From the human T2T-CHM13v2.0 reference genome, Homo sapiens: a DNA stretch of 64,000 nucleotides. Made by a program: the position numbers and the translations under genes. The stretch is taken from the NCBI RefSeq assembly GCF_009914755.1, contig NC_060931.1; one strand, 5' to 3'. Positions 1 through 13,351 of this stretch are shown one piece after another. The notes beneath the pieces are model-generated. The model was not told the DNA's origin. It worked only from the letters and a program-made list of their open reading frames with translations, and made no database searches. The first letter of the stretch is position 1. Each line of letters starts with the position of its first letter.

Positions 1-382
1 TGAGTATAATACTTTCCAAGACTGAGACCTGATTCCAACACATCCCTTGAGTTGGAGACATCATAGTGCAGAAGATGCTGTGGGGTCTTCCCCTCCTGCT
101 GTAGGTACCAGTGGATGTAGACAGCATTTATTACAGTAAGGTCACAAGTGATTTCAGCAGATGACCCAGTCGGCCTGGTGACTGACTTCATTCTCCCTTC
201 CAAGTTGGAAGATTTCTGACTGGCTGCAATGGGAAAAACATAAAATATAATGAGGTATTCCTTTGTATGGCACCCCTTTCAAAAGAAGAAAACAAAACAA
301 AACCCAACCTGTGAGCCTCTCTGTAGGCAGCACACTCACCAGGATACAGGAAAGCTAGAAGCACCGCTAGGGCTCACCGCAT
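1..382 (-). pseudogene. TRGV5P: T cell receptor gamma variable 5P (partial; 3' end and RSS lie before the window)
   Basis: Leader exon 382-340 reads ATG CGG TGA (TGG->TGA stop at codon 3, 376-374); GT-AG intron 339-224; V exon from 223 translates [39 protein letters not shown]..., closest to TRGV5 and adjacent to it. Confidence 0.93.
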
Positions 383-800
383 GCCTTCCTTTCTGGGGCC
401 TTGGAAGGAAAGGGACCAGATGAAAAGGAGTAGAAGATCCTCTCAAAACTCAGGTCCCACTCAACAAGGAAGTGATCCCTAGCACAGAAGACAGTAGGAG
501 GAGCTGGTTTCCTGAGACACAGGCAGAGAGAAGTGACTGAAGATGTGTCTTAGGGGACTCCCAAGCCTTCCTCCCAGAAGGGGTGGTGCCTGGGAGGACC
601 TGCAGAGGAGCTCCTGCATCTCCTCAGGCCCTTTCTTCGGCGCCCTCTTGTGGCAGCTGAGAGCAGGCCCAGGGCAGAAGGGAGGCAGGGGCATTAAGAG
701 CTCAGGCCTCCAGCTGAGGGACTGCAGATGTTGGGTAAGCTGACCCTGGAATTAACAGGCTCACACCTTGGAGGGGGCAGTCCCATAGCAGGCTCCCACC
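383..800 (-). promoter_or_regulatory. TRGV5P upstream promoter block (repeated before every V gene)
   Basis: ETS-type AGGAAGTG (467-474), CTGCAGG on - strand (605-599), CTCF-like motif (653-640); no obvious TATA box; all three conserved in the six paralogs. Confidence 0.6.
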
Positions 801-2646
801 CTGCCCTTCAGAGTTGCAGCAGGTAATGCTGATGCCAGAACCTTGTCCTGACAGGAAGCCTCTGATTAGGGCCCGGAACCAACTTCCTTTTCGCATCTGC
901 AGACTCATGGAGGCAACCACTCAAGGCCACTCTGAGAAGGGTTGAACGTGCTTTAAATTAAAAGGACTGAGGATCATGTGTGTTGGTGTGTCTTGGACTC
1001 TGCTCTAAGGTAAATGTGTGTGTGTGTTGGGGGGGGTGAGTTGTGCCTGTAATCCTGTGTGTGTGACCTCCTTATTAGAGGATTTTTGTTCATTAAGTAG
1101 GAATGTGAGTTTGTTTGTTTGCTTGTTTGTTTTTAAAGTAGTACTGGGTGCCATGTCATGCAACATTTGGAACATACTTAAACTAAAAACTTGTTATTTA
1201 TCTGAACTTCCAATTCTCCGCGTATTGTATATTTTATTTGTCATCCCTACCCTCAGAAAGCAGACTAATATCTGCAGTGCACCTGGATTCACAGATGAAA
1301 ATAAGGGGACAAATCAAGTACAGTAATATTATTGTGAAAATTCAGTAAGGCATTCACAGATTATCACCACCTCTGTAAGAAGTATATAGAGACACATGTT
1401 TGAAATATGCATAATGAGATGGAGAACAGTGTCCCTCTCAGTTGTTGTGTTGGGCTAGCTCAGAGAATTCAGTTTCTGCTGTCATCACAGCTGGGAATGA
1501 GAAAGGGAGGGGGCTCTGGTTGGTCTCCCTCTGCCTCTGGAGCACACATGCAGGACAAGAGGCTGCTGTAGGAGCAGCTCTGAAAGCTGAGTTCTCGGGT
1601 CCTTGTGAAGGAGGGAAGCTTGCCTGCCTTGGAGCGTGAAAAAGTCTTGCTGGACAGAAGTCTCATGGTTTAAAAATGGGAAGGGAGAGGATTGAGATCA
1701 CACTAGAATGCACAGAAAATTCTTAAAACAAAAAAATAATGAGAGAAATTTCATCAGAATGTGAAAAGAACTATAAAGCTACAGTGCTGAAGAGAGGGCA
1801 ATACTGGCACTAGAATGAGAAGATTCATGGAACACAGTTGAAAATGCAGTAAGAGAGCTGCATGTATGTAATATTTTATCATGTGATAAAGTGATATATT
1901 AATATTCACAAGGAAATAGTCAATTATTTAATAAGTTCTCTTTTAGGTATTGACTTACCATATGGAAACAAATATTGTCGCATTTCTACCTTACCAGTTA
2001 CAAATAGTGATTTAGTTGTAATAAAATGAAAATCAATAGACTTAAACGATGATGAATTGCATACAGATTCTGGGTGAGATTGGCCTTTCTAAGCTGACAT
2101 CAAACTAGACTCCCTAGAAAAATTGATGGGTTTTATTGTTTTTTTTTCAAAGTTGAATTCACTAAAAGGTGCCAAATGTAAATAATAACAAATGAGGAGT
2201 AATATCTTCAACACATTGGATAAAGGGTCATCATCTCTAAAATAGTACATATTAATTCTTACGAACCAATAAGAAAAAATTAATCCTCCAAAGGGAGAAT
2301 AGGCAAAGAGTACGACAAGGCAATTCTCAAAAGAAGAATTATAAATGACCTATAACATTGTCAAATATTGCTAGTACTCCTAAAGATGGGGGAATGCAAA
2401 TCGAATTAACAAATCTCATTTTTGGAACCACAGAGCTTGGATTGCTATCATAATCAAATTAAAATATATGGCTTAGGGAATGTTAATTAACCCCCCATTT
2501 TCTTATGTTTCATTCAACAGTACTTTAAACCCTTAATGAAGTTTCTGTGTAGATTAAATAAAATATGCATGTAATGTGCTTAGTACATTAACTACCAGAA
2601 TGTCAGCACCCATATGTACCATCAATATTATTATTATCATTATTCA

Positions 2647-2934
2647 TTTTTTTGAGAGAGAGTCTCACTCTATTGCCCAAACTGGACTGTAGTAGTGTGA
2701 TCTTAGCTCACTGAAACCTTCACCTTCCAGGCTCTAGAGATTCTCCTGCCTCAGCATCCAAAGTAGCTGGGATTACATGTGTGCGCCACTACAGCCGGCT
2801 AATTTTTTGTATTTTTAGTAGAGACAGGGTTTCACCATGTTGGCTAAGCTGGTCGCAATCTCCTGGCCTAAGTGATCGTAATGACTGGACCACCCAAATG
2901 CTGGGATTACAGGCATGAGCCACCGGGCCTGGCC
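2647..2934 (-). mobile_element. Alu (diverged, AluS-like), copy in V5P-V5 spacer
   Basis: Reverse Alu dimer from T-tract/GAGAGAGTCTCAC to ...GGGCCTGGCC, flanked by TATTATTATT on both sides. Confidence 0.9.
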
Positions 2935-3519
2935 AGTATTATTATTACTAATACAGTAATTATTGTATAAAAATTCCTGATAGATCAATGATGCCATCAT
3001 TAAATAATCAATGCATAAAGACATTCAAATAAATGATATGGACGTCTTTATGCATACTTATGAAGTATGTGCACCTTTAGAAGTAAGACACACAATCCAG
3101 ACACGGGAAAATATAAGATTGATTAAAATGTATAAAAACCGAATATCAGAATGAAAATATAAATATGGCATTGAAATAGAAACAATACATACGGCACTAT
3201 GACAAACAGTGAAAAAGCTCATGTGAACTGCCAAAAATATTGTTACCTATAGTGTCAGGGAGAAAAGAGGAACGAGAAATCTACAATGGAAGCTAAAATC
3301 TTCAAATGCATCATCTTTTATAATTTTGGCTTCAGTTTCATGTAAACGTTTTATATATACAAAACAGATATGAAGCAAAACAAAGTAATACAACACATTT
3401 CCAAAATGTAAAAATGAAAACTGAACAATTAAACTAGCTGTATAAATGTTGGCATGAACAAATAGAGAAAAATTATATCAAATGATTTTGTGGAAAAAGT
3501 ATTCTGATTATGTACCCAA

Positions 3520-3710
3520 AAAGGAAAGAAAGAGAGAGAAAAGCAAGGAAGGAAGGAAGGAAAACAAGGAAGGAGAATGGATGGAAGGAAACAAGGGAGG
3601 AAGGGAGGAAAGGATGGATGGAGGGAGGGAGTTAGGGAGGGAGAGAAAAATAAAAACAAGCAAAGAAGTAAGAAAAGAGAGAGAGAATAAAAGGGAGGGC
3701 AGAGGGAGAC
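3520..3710 (+). repeat. Purine-rich (GGAA/GGGA) tract; paralogs at ~7850-8070, 12675-12865, 17000-17220, 21800-21960
   Basis: Near-pure A/G run about 0.5 kb beyond each RSS. Confidence 0.85.
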
Positions 3711-3988
3711 CATGTTCAACTGCATACCTGGGCCTAGTGTTTTAGTGGTCATTATAGTATTGCTTATGTTGTTATAGACATAAGGAATAAGCACCACTCT
3801 CAGCTGTGATCTCTGGACCATGACTGGATACATGATTCAGTATAAATACCCTTCCCATTTGCTGTCCAAAATATCTCGCTTCACAGCTGGACCCTAGTTG
3901 TACCTGTGTGTCATAGGAAGCAGAGTGAGTGGGCCTCCCCCATGTCCTAGGAGAGCTGAGAGAACCTTGCTCTCAGCCAGGCTGCTTA

Positions 3989-4704
<716 letters not shown>

Positions 4705-5120
4705 GCCTTCCTCTCGGGGGCCTTGGAAGGAAAGGGACCAGATGAGGAGGAGCAGAAGATCCTCTTAAAACTCCGGCCCCACTCAACAAGGAAGTGATCC
4801 CTAGCACAGAAGACAGTAGGAGGAGCTGGTCTTCCTGAGTCACAGGCAGAGAGAAGTGACTGAAGATGTGTCTTAGGGGACTCCCAAGCCTTCCTCCCAG
4901 AAGGGGTGGTGCCTGGGAGGACCTGCAGAGGAGCTCCCGCATCTCCTCAGGCCCTTTCTTCTGCGCCATCTTGTGGCAGTTGAGAGCAGGCCCAGGGCAG
5001 AAGGGAGGCAGGGGCATTAAGAGCTCAGGCCTCCAGCTGAGGGACTGCAGATGTTGGGTAAGCTGACCCTGGAATTAACAGGCTCACACCTTGGAGGGGG
5101 CAGTCCCATAGCAGGCTCCC
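4705..5120 (-). promoter_or_regulatory. TRGV5 promoter block
   Basis: AGGAAGTG 4789-4796; CCTGCAG 4922-4928; CTCF-like CCACAAGATGGCGC on - strand 4976-4963. Confidence 0.65.
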
Positions 5121-6975
5121 ACCCTGCCCTTCAGAGTTGCAGCAGGTAATGCTGATGCCAGAACCTTGTCCTGACAGGAAGCCTCTGATTAGGGCCCTGA
5201 ACCAAGTTCCTTTTCGCATCTGCAGACTCATGGAGGCAACCACTCAAGGTCACTCTGAGAAGGGTTGAACGTGCTTTATTAAAAGGACTGAGGATCATGT
5301 GTGTTGGTGTGTCCCGGAGTCTGCTCTAAGGTAAATATGTGTGTGTGTGTGTTGGGGGGGCGGGGGTTGTGCCTGTAATCCTGTGTGTGTGACCTCCTTA
5401 TTAGAGGATTTTTGTTCATTAAAGTAGGAGTGTGAATTTGTTTGTTTGCTTGTTTGTTTTTAAAGTAGTACTGGGTGCCATGTCATGCAATATTTGGAAC
5501 ATACTTAAACTAAAAACTTGTTATTTTTCTGTACTTCCAATTCCCCCGTTATTGTATATTTTATTTGTCATCCCTACCCTCAGAAAGCAGACTAATATCT
5601 GCAGTGCACCTGGATTCACAGTTGGAAATATAGGGGACAAAAAAAGTATAGTAATATTATTGTGAAAATTCAGTAAGGCATAGGCAGATTATCACCACCT
5701 CTGTAAGAATATATAGAGACACATGTTTGAAAGATGCATAATGAGATGTAGAACAGTGTCTCTCTCAGTTGTTGTGTTGTCCTAGCTCAGAGAATTCAGT
5801 TTCTGCTGTCATCACAGCTGGGAATGAGAAAGGGAGGGGGCTCCGGTTGGTCTCCCTCTGCCTCTGGAGCACACATGCAGGACATGAGGCTGCTGTAGGA
5901 GCAGCTCTGAAAGCTGAGTTCTCGGGGTCCTTGTGAAGGAGGAAAGCTTCCATGCCTTGGAGCATGAAAAAATCTTGCTGGACAGAAGTCTCATGGTTTA
6001 AAAATGGGAAGGGAGAGGATTGAGATCACACTAGAATGCACAGAAAATTCTTAAAACAAAAAAATAATGAGAGAAATTTCATCAGAATGTGAAAAGAACT
6101 ATAAAGCTACAGTGCTGAAGAGAGGGCAATACTGGCACTAGAATGAGAAGATTCATGGAACACAGTAGAAAATCCAGAAAGAAAGCCGCATGCATGTAAT
6201 ATTTTATCATGTGATAAAGTGATATGTTAATATCCACAAGGAAATAGTCAATTATTTTATAAGTTCTCTTTTGGGTATTGACTTACCATATGGAAACAAA
6301 TATTATTGCATTTCGTTCTTACCAGATATAGATAGTGATTTAGTTGTAATAAAAACAAAATCATTACACTTAAACAATGATGAATTGCATAGAAATTCTA
6401 GGTGAGATTGGCCTTTCTAAGCTTGACATCAAACTAGACACCCTAGAAAAATTGATAGATTTTAATGCTTTTTTTTTCAAAGTTCAATTCACCAAAAGGT
6501 GCCAAATGTAAATAATAACAAATGAGGGGAAATATCTTCAACACATTCGATAAAGGGTCAGTATCTTTAAAATAGTGTATCTTAACTCTTACGAACTAAT
6601 AAGAAAAAATTAATCCTCCAAGAGAGGAATAGGCAAAGAGTATGACATGGCAATTCACAAAAGAAGAACTATAAATAACCTATAAAGTTGTGAAATAATA
6701 CTAGTACTCCCAAAGATGGGGGAATGCAAACTGAATTTACAAATCTCATTTTCGGAACCACAGAGCTTGGATTGCAATCATTATCAAATTAAAGCATATG
6801 ACTTAGGGAATGTTAATTAACCGCCCAATTTCTAATGTTACATTCAACAGTACTTTAAACCTTAATGAAGTTTCTGTGTAGATTAAATAAAATATGCATG
6901 TAATGTGCTTAATACATTAACTACCAGAATGTCAGTACCCATATGTACCATCAATATTATTATTATCGTTATTCA

Positions 6976-7262
6976 TTTTTTTGAGACAGAGTCTCACTCT
7001 GTTGCCCAAACTGGACTGCAGTAGTGTGATATTAGCTCACTGAAAACTCCACCTACCAGGCTCTACAGATTCTCCTGCTTCAGCATCCAAGTAGCTGGGA
7101 TTACATGTGTGTGCCACTACAGCCAGCTAATTTTTTGTATTTTTACTAGAGACAGGGTTTCACCACGTTGGCTGAGCTGGTCGCAATCTCCCGGCCTAAG
7201 TGATCCTAACGACTGGACTGCCCAAATGCTGGGATTACAGGCATGAGCCACCGGGCCTGGCC
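6976..7262 (-). mobile_element. Alu, paralogous copy in V5-V4 spacer
   Basis: Same element and flanks as 2647-2934. Confidence 0.9.
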
Positions 7263-8555
7263 AGTATTATTATTACTAATACAGTAATTATTGTATAAAA
7301 ATTCCTGATAGATCAGTGATGCCATCATTAAATAATCAATGCATAAAAACATTCAAATAAATGATATGGACATCTTTATGCATGCTTATGAAGTATGTGC
7401 ACCTTTAGAAGTAAGACACACAATCCAGACACAGGAAAATATAAGATTGATTAAAATATATAGAAACTGAATATCAGAAAGAAAATATAAATATGGCATT
7501 CAAATAGAAAGAATACATACTCCGCTATGAAAAACAGAGTGAAACAGCTCAAGTGAACTGACAAAAATATTGTTACCTATAGTGTCAGGGAGAAAAGAAG
7601 AATGAGAAGTCTAAAATGGAAGCTAAAATCTTCAAATGCATCATCTTTTATGATTTTGACTTCACTTCCATGTAAATGTTTTATATATGCAAAACAGATA
7701 TGAAACAAAACAAAGTAATACAACAAATTTCCAAAATGTAAAAAAGAAAACTGAACAATTAAAGTAGCTATATCAATGTTGACATGAACACATAGAGAAA
7801 AATTATTTCAAATGATTTTGTGGAAAAAGTATTCTGATTATGTACCCAAAAAGGAAAGCAAGAGAAAAGCAAAGAAGGAAGGAAGGAAAACGAAGGAGAA
7901 TGGATGGAAGGAAAGAAGAGAGGAAGGGAGGGAAGGAGGGAGGGAGAGAGGGAGGGAAGGAGGGAGGGAAGGACGGAGGGAAGGAGGAAGGGAGAGAGAG
8001 AAAAATAATAAAAGCAAGCAAAGAATTAAAAAAAGAGAGAGAGAATAAAAGGGAGGGCAGAGGGAGAGAATGTTCAACTGCATACCTAGGCCTGGTGTTT
8101 CAGTGGTCATTATAGTATTGCTTACATTGTTATAGATATAAGGAATAAGCACCAGTCTCAGCTGCGATTTCTGGATCATGATGGGATACACAATTTAGTA
8201 TAAATACCCTTCTCATTTGTTGTCCAAAATATCTTGCTTCACAGCTGGACCCTAGAGGTACCCATTTGTCCTAGGAAGCAGAGTGAGTGGGCTTCCGCCA
8301 TGTCCTAGGAGAGCTAAGAGAACCTTGCTCTCAGCCAGGCTGCTTCTCTGAGGTTTAGCTGAGATGGTGGCTTGGTCTTCAGGGAAGTCCTGGGGGAGGG
8401 TGGGGAACAGGGTGCAGCTGCTGCCAGGGGAGTGTAATATTGCAGGGGAGATCAGGAGTTAAGCAATGTTTCTCTTGTTCAGCACACGGTAAATTTGGTG
8501 GCAGGAAATGAGAGGGGGCGGCTCTATCTTGTGTACCAGAAGCAGCCACAAGGCA

Positions 8556-8594
8556 GGTTTTCAGTGTGGTGTAGGGCGGATCTGAATCACTGTG
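8556..8594 (-). other. 23-RSS of TRGV4
   Basis: CACAGTG (8594-8588) + 23 nt + CTGAAAACC (8564-8556). Confidence 0.95.
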
Positions 8595-9063
8595 CCCATC
8601 CCAGGTGGCACAGTAATAGACTCCAGAGTCATTTTCAATAAGATTTCGCAGTATCATTCTCAAGTTCTTCCTTGTGCTTCCATAAGTATCATACTTCCCT
8701 GGGCTGATTCCTGATTCCAACACAACGCTGGAGGTGTAGGAGTCATAGTACAGAAGACGCTGTGGGGCCTTCCCCTCCTGGTGTAGGTACCAGTGGATGT
8801 AGCCGGTACTTCCTTCAGCAAGATCACAAGTGATTTCAGCAGATGACCCAGTCTGCCTGATGACTGACTTCGTTCTCCCTTCCAAGTTGGAAGATTTCTG
8901 ACTGGCTGCAATGGGAACAACACAAAATATAATGAGGAATTCCTTAGTATGGCAATCCTTGCAAAAGAAGAAAATAAAGAAAACAAAACCCATGATCCTC
9001 TCTGTAGGCAGCGCACTCACCAGGAGACAGGAAAGCTAGAAGCACCGCTAGGGCCCACTGCAT
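8595..9063 (-). CDS. TRGV4: T cell receptor gamma variable 4 (leader 9063-9021, intron 9020-8906, V exon 8905-8595)
   Basis: [14 protein letters not shown] leader; V domain with CDR1 AEGSTGY, CDR2 [10 protein letters not shown]4 [19 protein letters not shown]; intact RSS. Confidence 0.96.
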
Positions 9064-9480
9064 GCCTTCCTCTCTGAGGCCTTGGAAGGAAAGGGACCAG
9101 ATGAAGAGGAGCAGAAGATCCTCTTAAAACTCAGGCCCCACTCAACAAGGAAGTGATCCCTAGCACAGAAGACAGTAGGAGGAGCTGGTCTTCCTGAGAC
9201 ACAAGCAGAGAGAAGTGACTGAGGATCTGTCTAAGAGGACTCCCAAGCCTTCCTCCCTCCCAGAAGGATTGGTGCCTGGGAGGACCTGCAGAGGAGCTCC
9301 TGCCTCTCTTGCTCAGGTCCGTTCTCCGGCGCCCTCTTGTGGCAGCTGAGAGCAGGCCCTCTGCAGAAGAGAGCCAGGGGCCAGGAGAGCTCAGGCCTGC
9401 AGCAGAGGGAATGCAGATGTAGCGGAAGCTGACCCTGGAGTCAGCAGGCCCAGCCCTAGGAGGGGGCAGTCCCACAGCAG
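9064..9480 (-). promoter_or_regulatory. TRGV4 promoter block
   Basis: AGGAAGTG 9148-9155; CCTGCAG 9285-9291; CTCF-like CCACAAGAGGGCGC 9342-9329. Confidence 0.65.
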
Positions 9481-9611
9481 GCTCACACCCTGCCCTTCAG
9501 AGTTGCAGCAGCTAATGCTGATGCCAGGACCTTGTCCTGCCAGGAAGTCTCTGATTAGGGAACTGAACCACCTTCCTTTTGGCATCTGCAAGGACACTTG
9601 GAGGCACCACG

Positions 9612-10102
9612 CAAAGCGTGTGTTTATTGCGGCACTATTCACGATAGCAGAGACTTGGAACCAACCCAAATGTCCATCAGTGATAGACTGGATTAAGAAA
9701 ATGTGACACATATACACCATGGAATACTATGCGGCCATAAAAAGGGATGCGTTCATGTCCTTTGTAAGGACATGGATGAAGCTGGAAACCATCATTCCGA
9801 GCAAACTATTCCAAGGACAGAAATCCAAACAGTGCATGTTCTCGCTCGTAGGTGGGAATTGAACAAGGAGAACACTTGGACACAGAGTGGGGGAACATCA
9901 CGCACTGGGGCCTGTAGTGGGGTGGGGGCAGGGGGGAGGGATAGCATTAGGAGATATACCTAATGTAGATGACAAGTTGATGGGTGCAACAAACCAACAT
10001 GGCACATGTATACATATGTAACACACCTGCACGTTGTGCAAATGTACCCTAGCACTTAAAGTATAATAAATATAAATAAATAAAGAAATAATAAAAATAA
10101 AA
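9612..10102 (+). mobile_element. 5'-truncated L1PA 3' end upstream of TRGV4
   Basis: ORF2 C-terminus (FIAALFTIAETWNQPKCPS..DWIKKM), G-rich 3' UTR tract, ...CTTAAAGTATAATAAA and A-rich tail. Confidence 0.93.
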
Positions 10103-10154
10103 GAACTGAAGATCATGTGTGTTGGTTGGTCTTGGACTCTGCTCTAAGATAAAG

Positions 10155-10200
10155 GTGTGTGTGTTGGGTGTGTGTGTGTGTGTGTGTTTGTGTGTGTGTG
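10155..10200 (+). repeat. (TG)n microsatellite; paralogs near 1015, 5338, 14490, 19300
   Basis: Imperfect TG dinucleotide runs whose length differs between units. Confidence 0.85.
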
Positions 10201-11805
10201 ATCCTGTGGTTGTGATCTCTTTATTAGAGGATTTTTGTTCATTGAAGTAGGAGTGTGAGTTTTTTTTGTTTTTTTTTTTCTAAGTAGTTCAGGGTGCCAT
10301 GTCATGCAATATTTGGAACATACTTAAACTAAAAACTTGTTGTTTACCTGAACTTCCAAATTGTTTGGTATTGTATATTTTATTTGTCAGCCCTACCCTC
10401 AGAAAGGGGACTGAGATCTGCAGTACACCTGGATTCACAGATGGAAATATAGGGGACAAAGGAAGTACAGTAATATAATTGTGAAAATTCAGTAAGGCAT
10501 ACACAGATTATCACCACCTCTGTAAGAAGTATATAGAGACACATGTTTGAAAGATGCATAATGAGATGTAGAACAATATTCCTCTCAGTTGTGGTATTGG
10601 CCTAGCTCACAGAGTTCGGTTTCTGCTGTCTTCACAGCTGGGAATGACAGGTGGGAATGAGAAAGGGAGGGGGCTCCGGTTGGTCTCCCTCTGCCTCTGG
10701 AGCACACGTGCAGGACATGAGGCTTCCACAGGAACAGCTCTGAAAGCTGAGTTCTCGGGTCCTTGTGAAGGAGGGAAGCTTGCCTGCCTTGGAGCGTGAA
10801 AAAGTCTTGCTGGACAGAAGTCTCACGGTTTAAAAATGGGAAGGGAGAGGATTGAGATCACACTAGAATGCACAGAAAATTCTTAAAACAAAAAAATAAT
10901 GAGAGAAACTTCATCAGAATGTGAAAAGAACTATAAAGCTACAGTGCTGAAGAGAGGGCAATACTGGCACTAGAATGACAAGATTCATGGAACACAGTGG
11001 AAAATCCAGAAAGAGAGCTGCATGTATGTAATATTTTATCATGTGATAAAGTGATATGTTAATACCCACAAGGAAATAGTCAGTTATTAAATAAGTTCTC
11101 TTTTTGGTATTGACTTACCACATGGAAACAAATATTGTTGCATTTCTACCTTACTAGTTACAAATAGTGATTTAGTTGTAATAAATAGAAAATCATTAGA
11201 CTTAAACGATGATGAATTGCATAGAAATTCTAGGTGAGATTGGCCTTTCTAAGCCTGACATCAAACTAGACACCCTAGAAAAATTGATAGCTTTTATTGT
11301 TTTTTTTTCAAAGTTGAATTCACCAAAAGGTGCCAAATGTAAATAATAACAAATGAGGAGAAATATCTTCAACACATTGGATAAAGGGTCAGTATCTCTA
11401 AAATGGTGTATATTAATTCTTACGAACTAATAAGAAAAAACTAATCTTCCAAAAAAAGAATAGGAAAAGAGTATGACAAGGCAATTCTCAAAAGAAGAAC
11501 TATAAATGACCTGTAAAGTTGTAAAATGATGCTAGTACTCCTAAAGATGGGGGAATGCAAACCAAATTAACAAATCTCATTTAGGAACCACAGAGCTTGC
11601 ATTGCAATCATTATCAAGATAAAGTATATGACTTAGGGAATGTTAATTAACCCCCCAATTTCTAATGTTACATTCAACAGTACTTTAAAACCTTAATGAA
11701 GTTTCTGTGTAGATTAAATAAAATGTGCATGCAATGTGCTTAGTACGTTAACTACCAGAATGTCAGTACCCATATTTACCATCAATATTATTATTATTAT
11801 TAGTC

Positions 11806-12090
11806 TTTTTGAGACAGAGTCTCGCTGTGTTGCCCAAACTGGACTGCAGTAGTGTGATCTTAGCTCACTGAAAACTCCAACTTCCAGGTTCAAGAGTTTC
11901 TCCTGCCTCAGCATCCAAAGTAGCTGGGATTACATGTGTGCGCCACTACAGCCGGCTAATTTTTTGTATTTTTAGTAGAGACAGGGTTTCACCATGTTGG
12001 CTAAGCTGGTCGCAATCTCCCGGCCTAAGTGTTCCTAACGACTGGACTGCCCAAATGCTGGGATTACAGGCATGAGCCACCGGGCCTGGC
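11806..12090 (-). mobile_element. Alu, paralogous copy in V4-V3 spacer
   Basis: Same element and flanks. Confidence 0.9.
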
Positions 12091-13351
12091 AAGTATTATT
12101 ATTACTAATACAGTAATTATTGTATAAAAATTCCTGATAGATCGATGATGCCATCATTAAATAATCAACGCATAAAAACATTCAAATAAATGATATGGAC
12201 TTCTTTATGCATACTTATGAAGTACGTGCACCTTTAGAAGTAAGACACACAGTCCAGACACGGGAAAATATAAGATTGATTAAAATGTATAAAAACCAAA
12301 TATCAGAACGAAAATATAAATATGGCATTAAAATAGAAACAATACATACTCCGCTATGACAAACAGTGAAAAAGCTCAAGTGAACTGCCAAAAATATTGT
12401 TACCTATAGTGTCAGGGAGAAAAGAGGAACGAGAAATCTACAATGGAAGCTAAAATCTTCAAATGCATCATCTTTTATAATTTTGGCTTCAGTTTCATGT
12501 AAATGTTTTATATATACAAAACAGATATGAAGCAAAACAAAGTAATACAACAAAATTCCAAAATGTGAAAAAGAGAACTGAACAATTAAACTAGCTGTAT
12601 GAATGTTGGCATGAACATATAGAGAAAAATTATATCAAATGATTTTGTGGAAAAAGTATTCTGATTATGTACCCAAAAAGGAAAGAAAGAGAGAGAAAAG
12701 CAAGGAAGGAAGGAGGAAAACAAGGAAGGAGAATGGATGGAAGGAAACAAGGGAGGAAGGGAGGAAAGGATGGATGGAGGGAGGGAGTTAGGGAGGGAGA
12801 GAAAAATAAAAACAAGCAAAGAAGTAAGAAAAGAGAGAGAGAATAAAAGGGAGGGCAGAGGGAGACCATGTTCAACTGCATACCTGGGCCTAGTGTTTTA
12901 GTGGTCATTATAGTATTGCTTATGTTGTTATAGACATAAGGAATAAGCACCACTCTCAGCTGTGATCTCTGGACCATGAGTGGATACATGATTCAGTATA
13001 AATACCCTTCCCATTTGCTGTCCAAAATATCTCGCTTCACAGCTGGACCCTAGTTGTACCTGTGTGTCATAGGAAGCAGAGTGAGTGGGCCTCCCCCATG
13101 TCCTAGGAGAGCTGAGAGAACCTTGCTCTCAGCCAGGCTGCTTAGCTGAGGCCTGGAGATGGCAGCTTGATCTTCAGGAAAGTTGTGGGGGAGGGGTGGG
13201 GAACAGGATGCAGCTGCTGCCAGGACAGTGTGATATTAGGAGGGAGATCAGGAGTTAAGCTGTCTTTCTCTTGTTCAGAATACAGGAAATTTGGTGGCAG
13301 GAAATGAGAGGGGGCGGCTCTATCTTGTGTACCAGAGGCAGCCACAAGGCA

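Noticed and set aside
479-920. Recurrent short ORFs upstream of each V (MPLPPFCPG.., MCLRGLPS.., MVASMSLQ..)
   Set aside because: Repeated only because the promoter is duplicated; non-ATG starts, frameshifts between paralogs, no protein-family features.
3429-3833. Pro/Ser/Phe- or Arg/Glu/Gly-rich ORFs in each spacer
   Set aside because: Translations of the GGAA/GGGA tracts.
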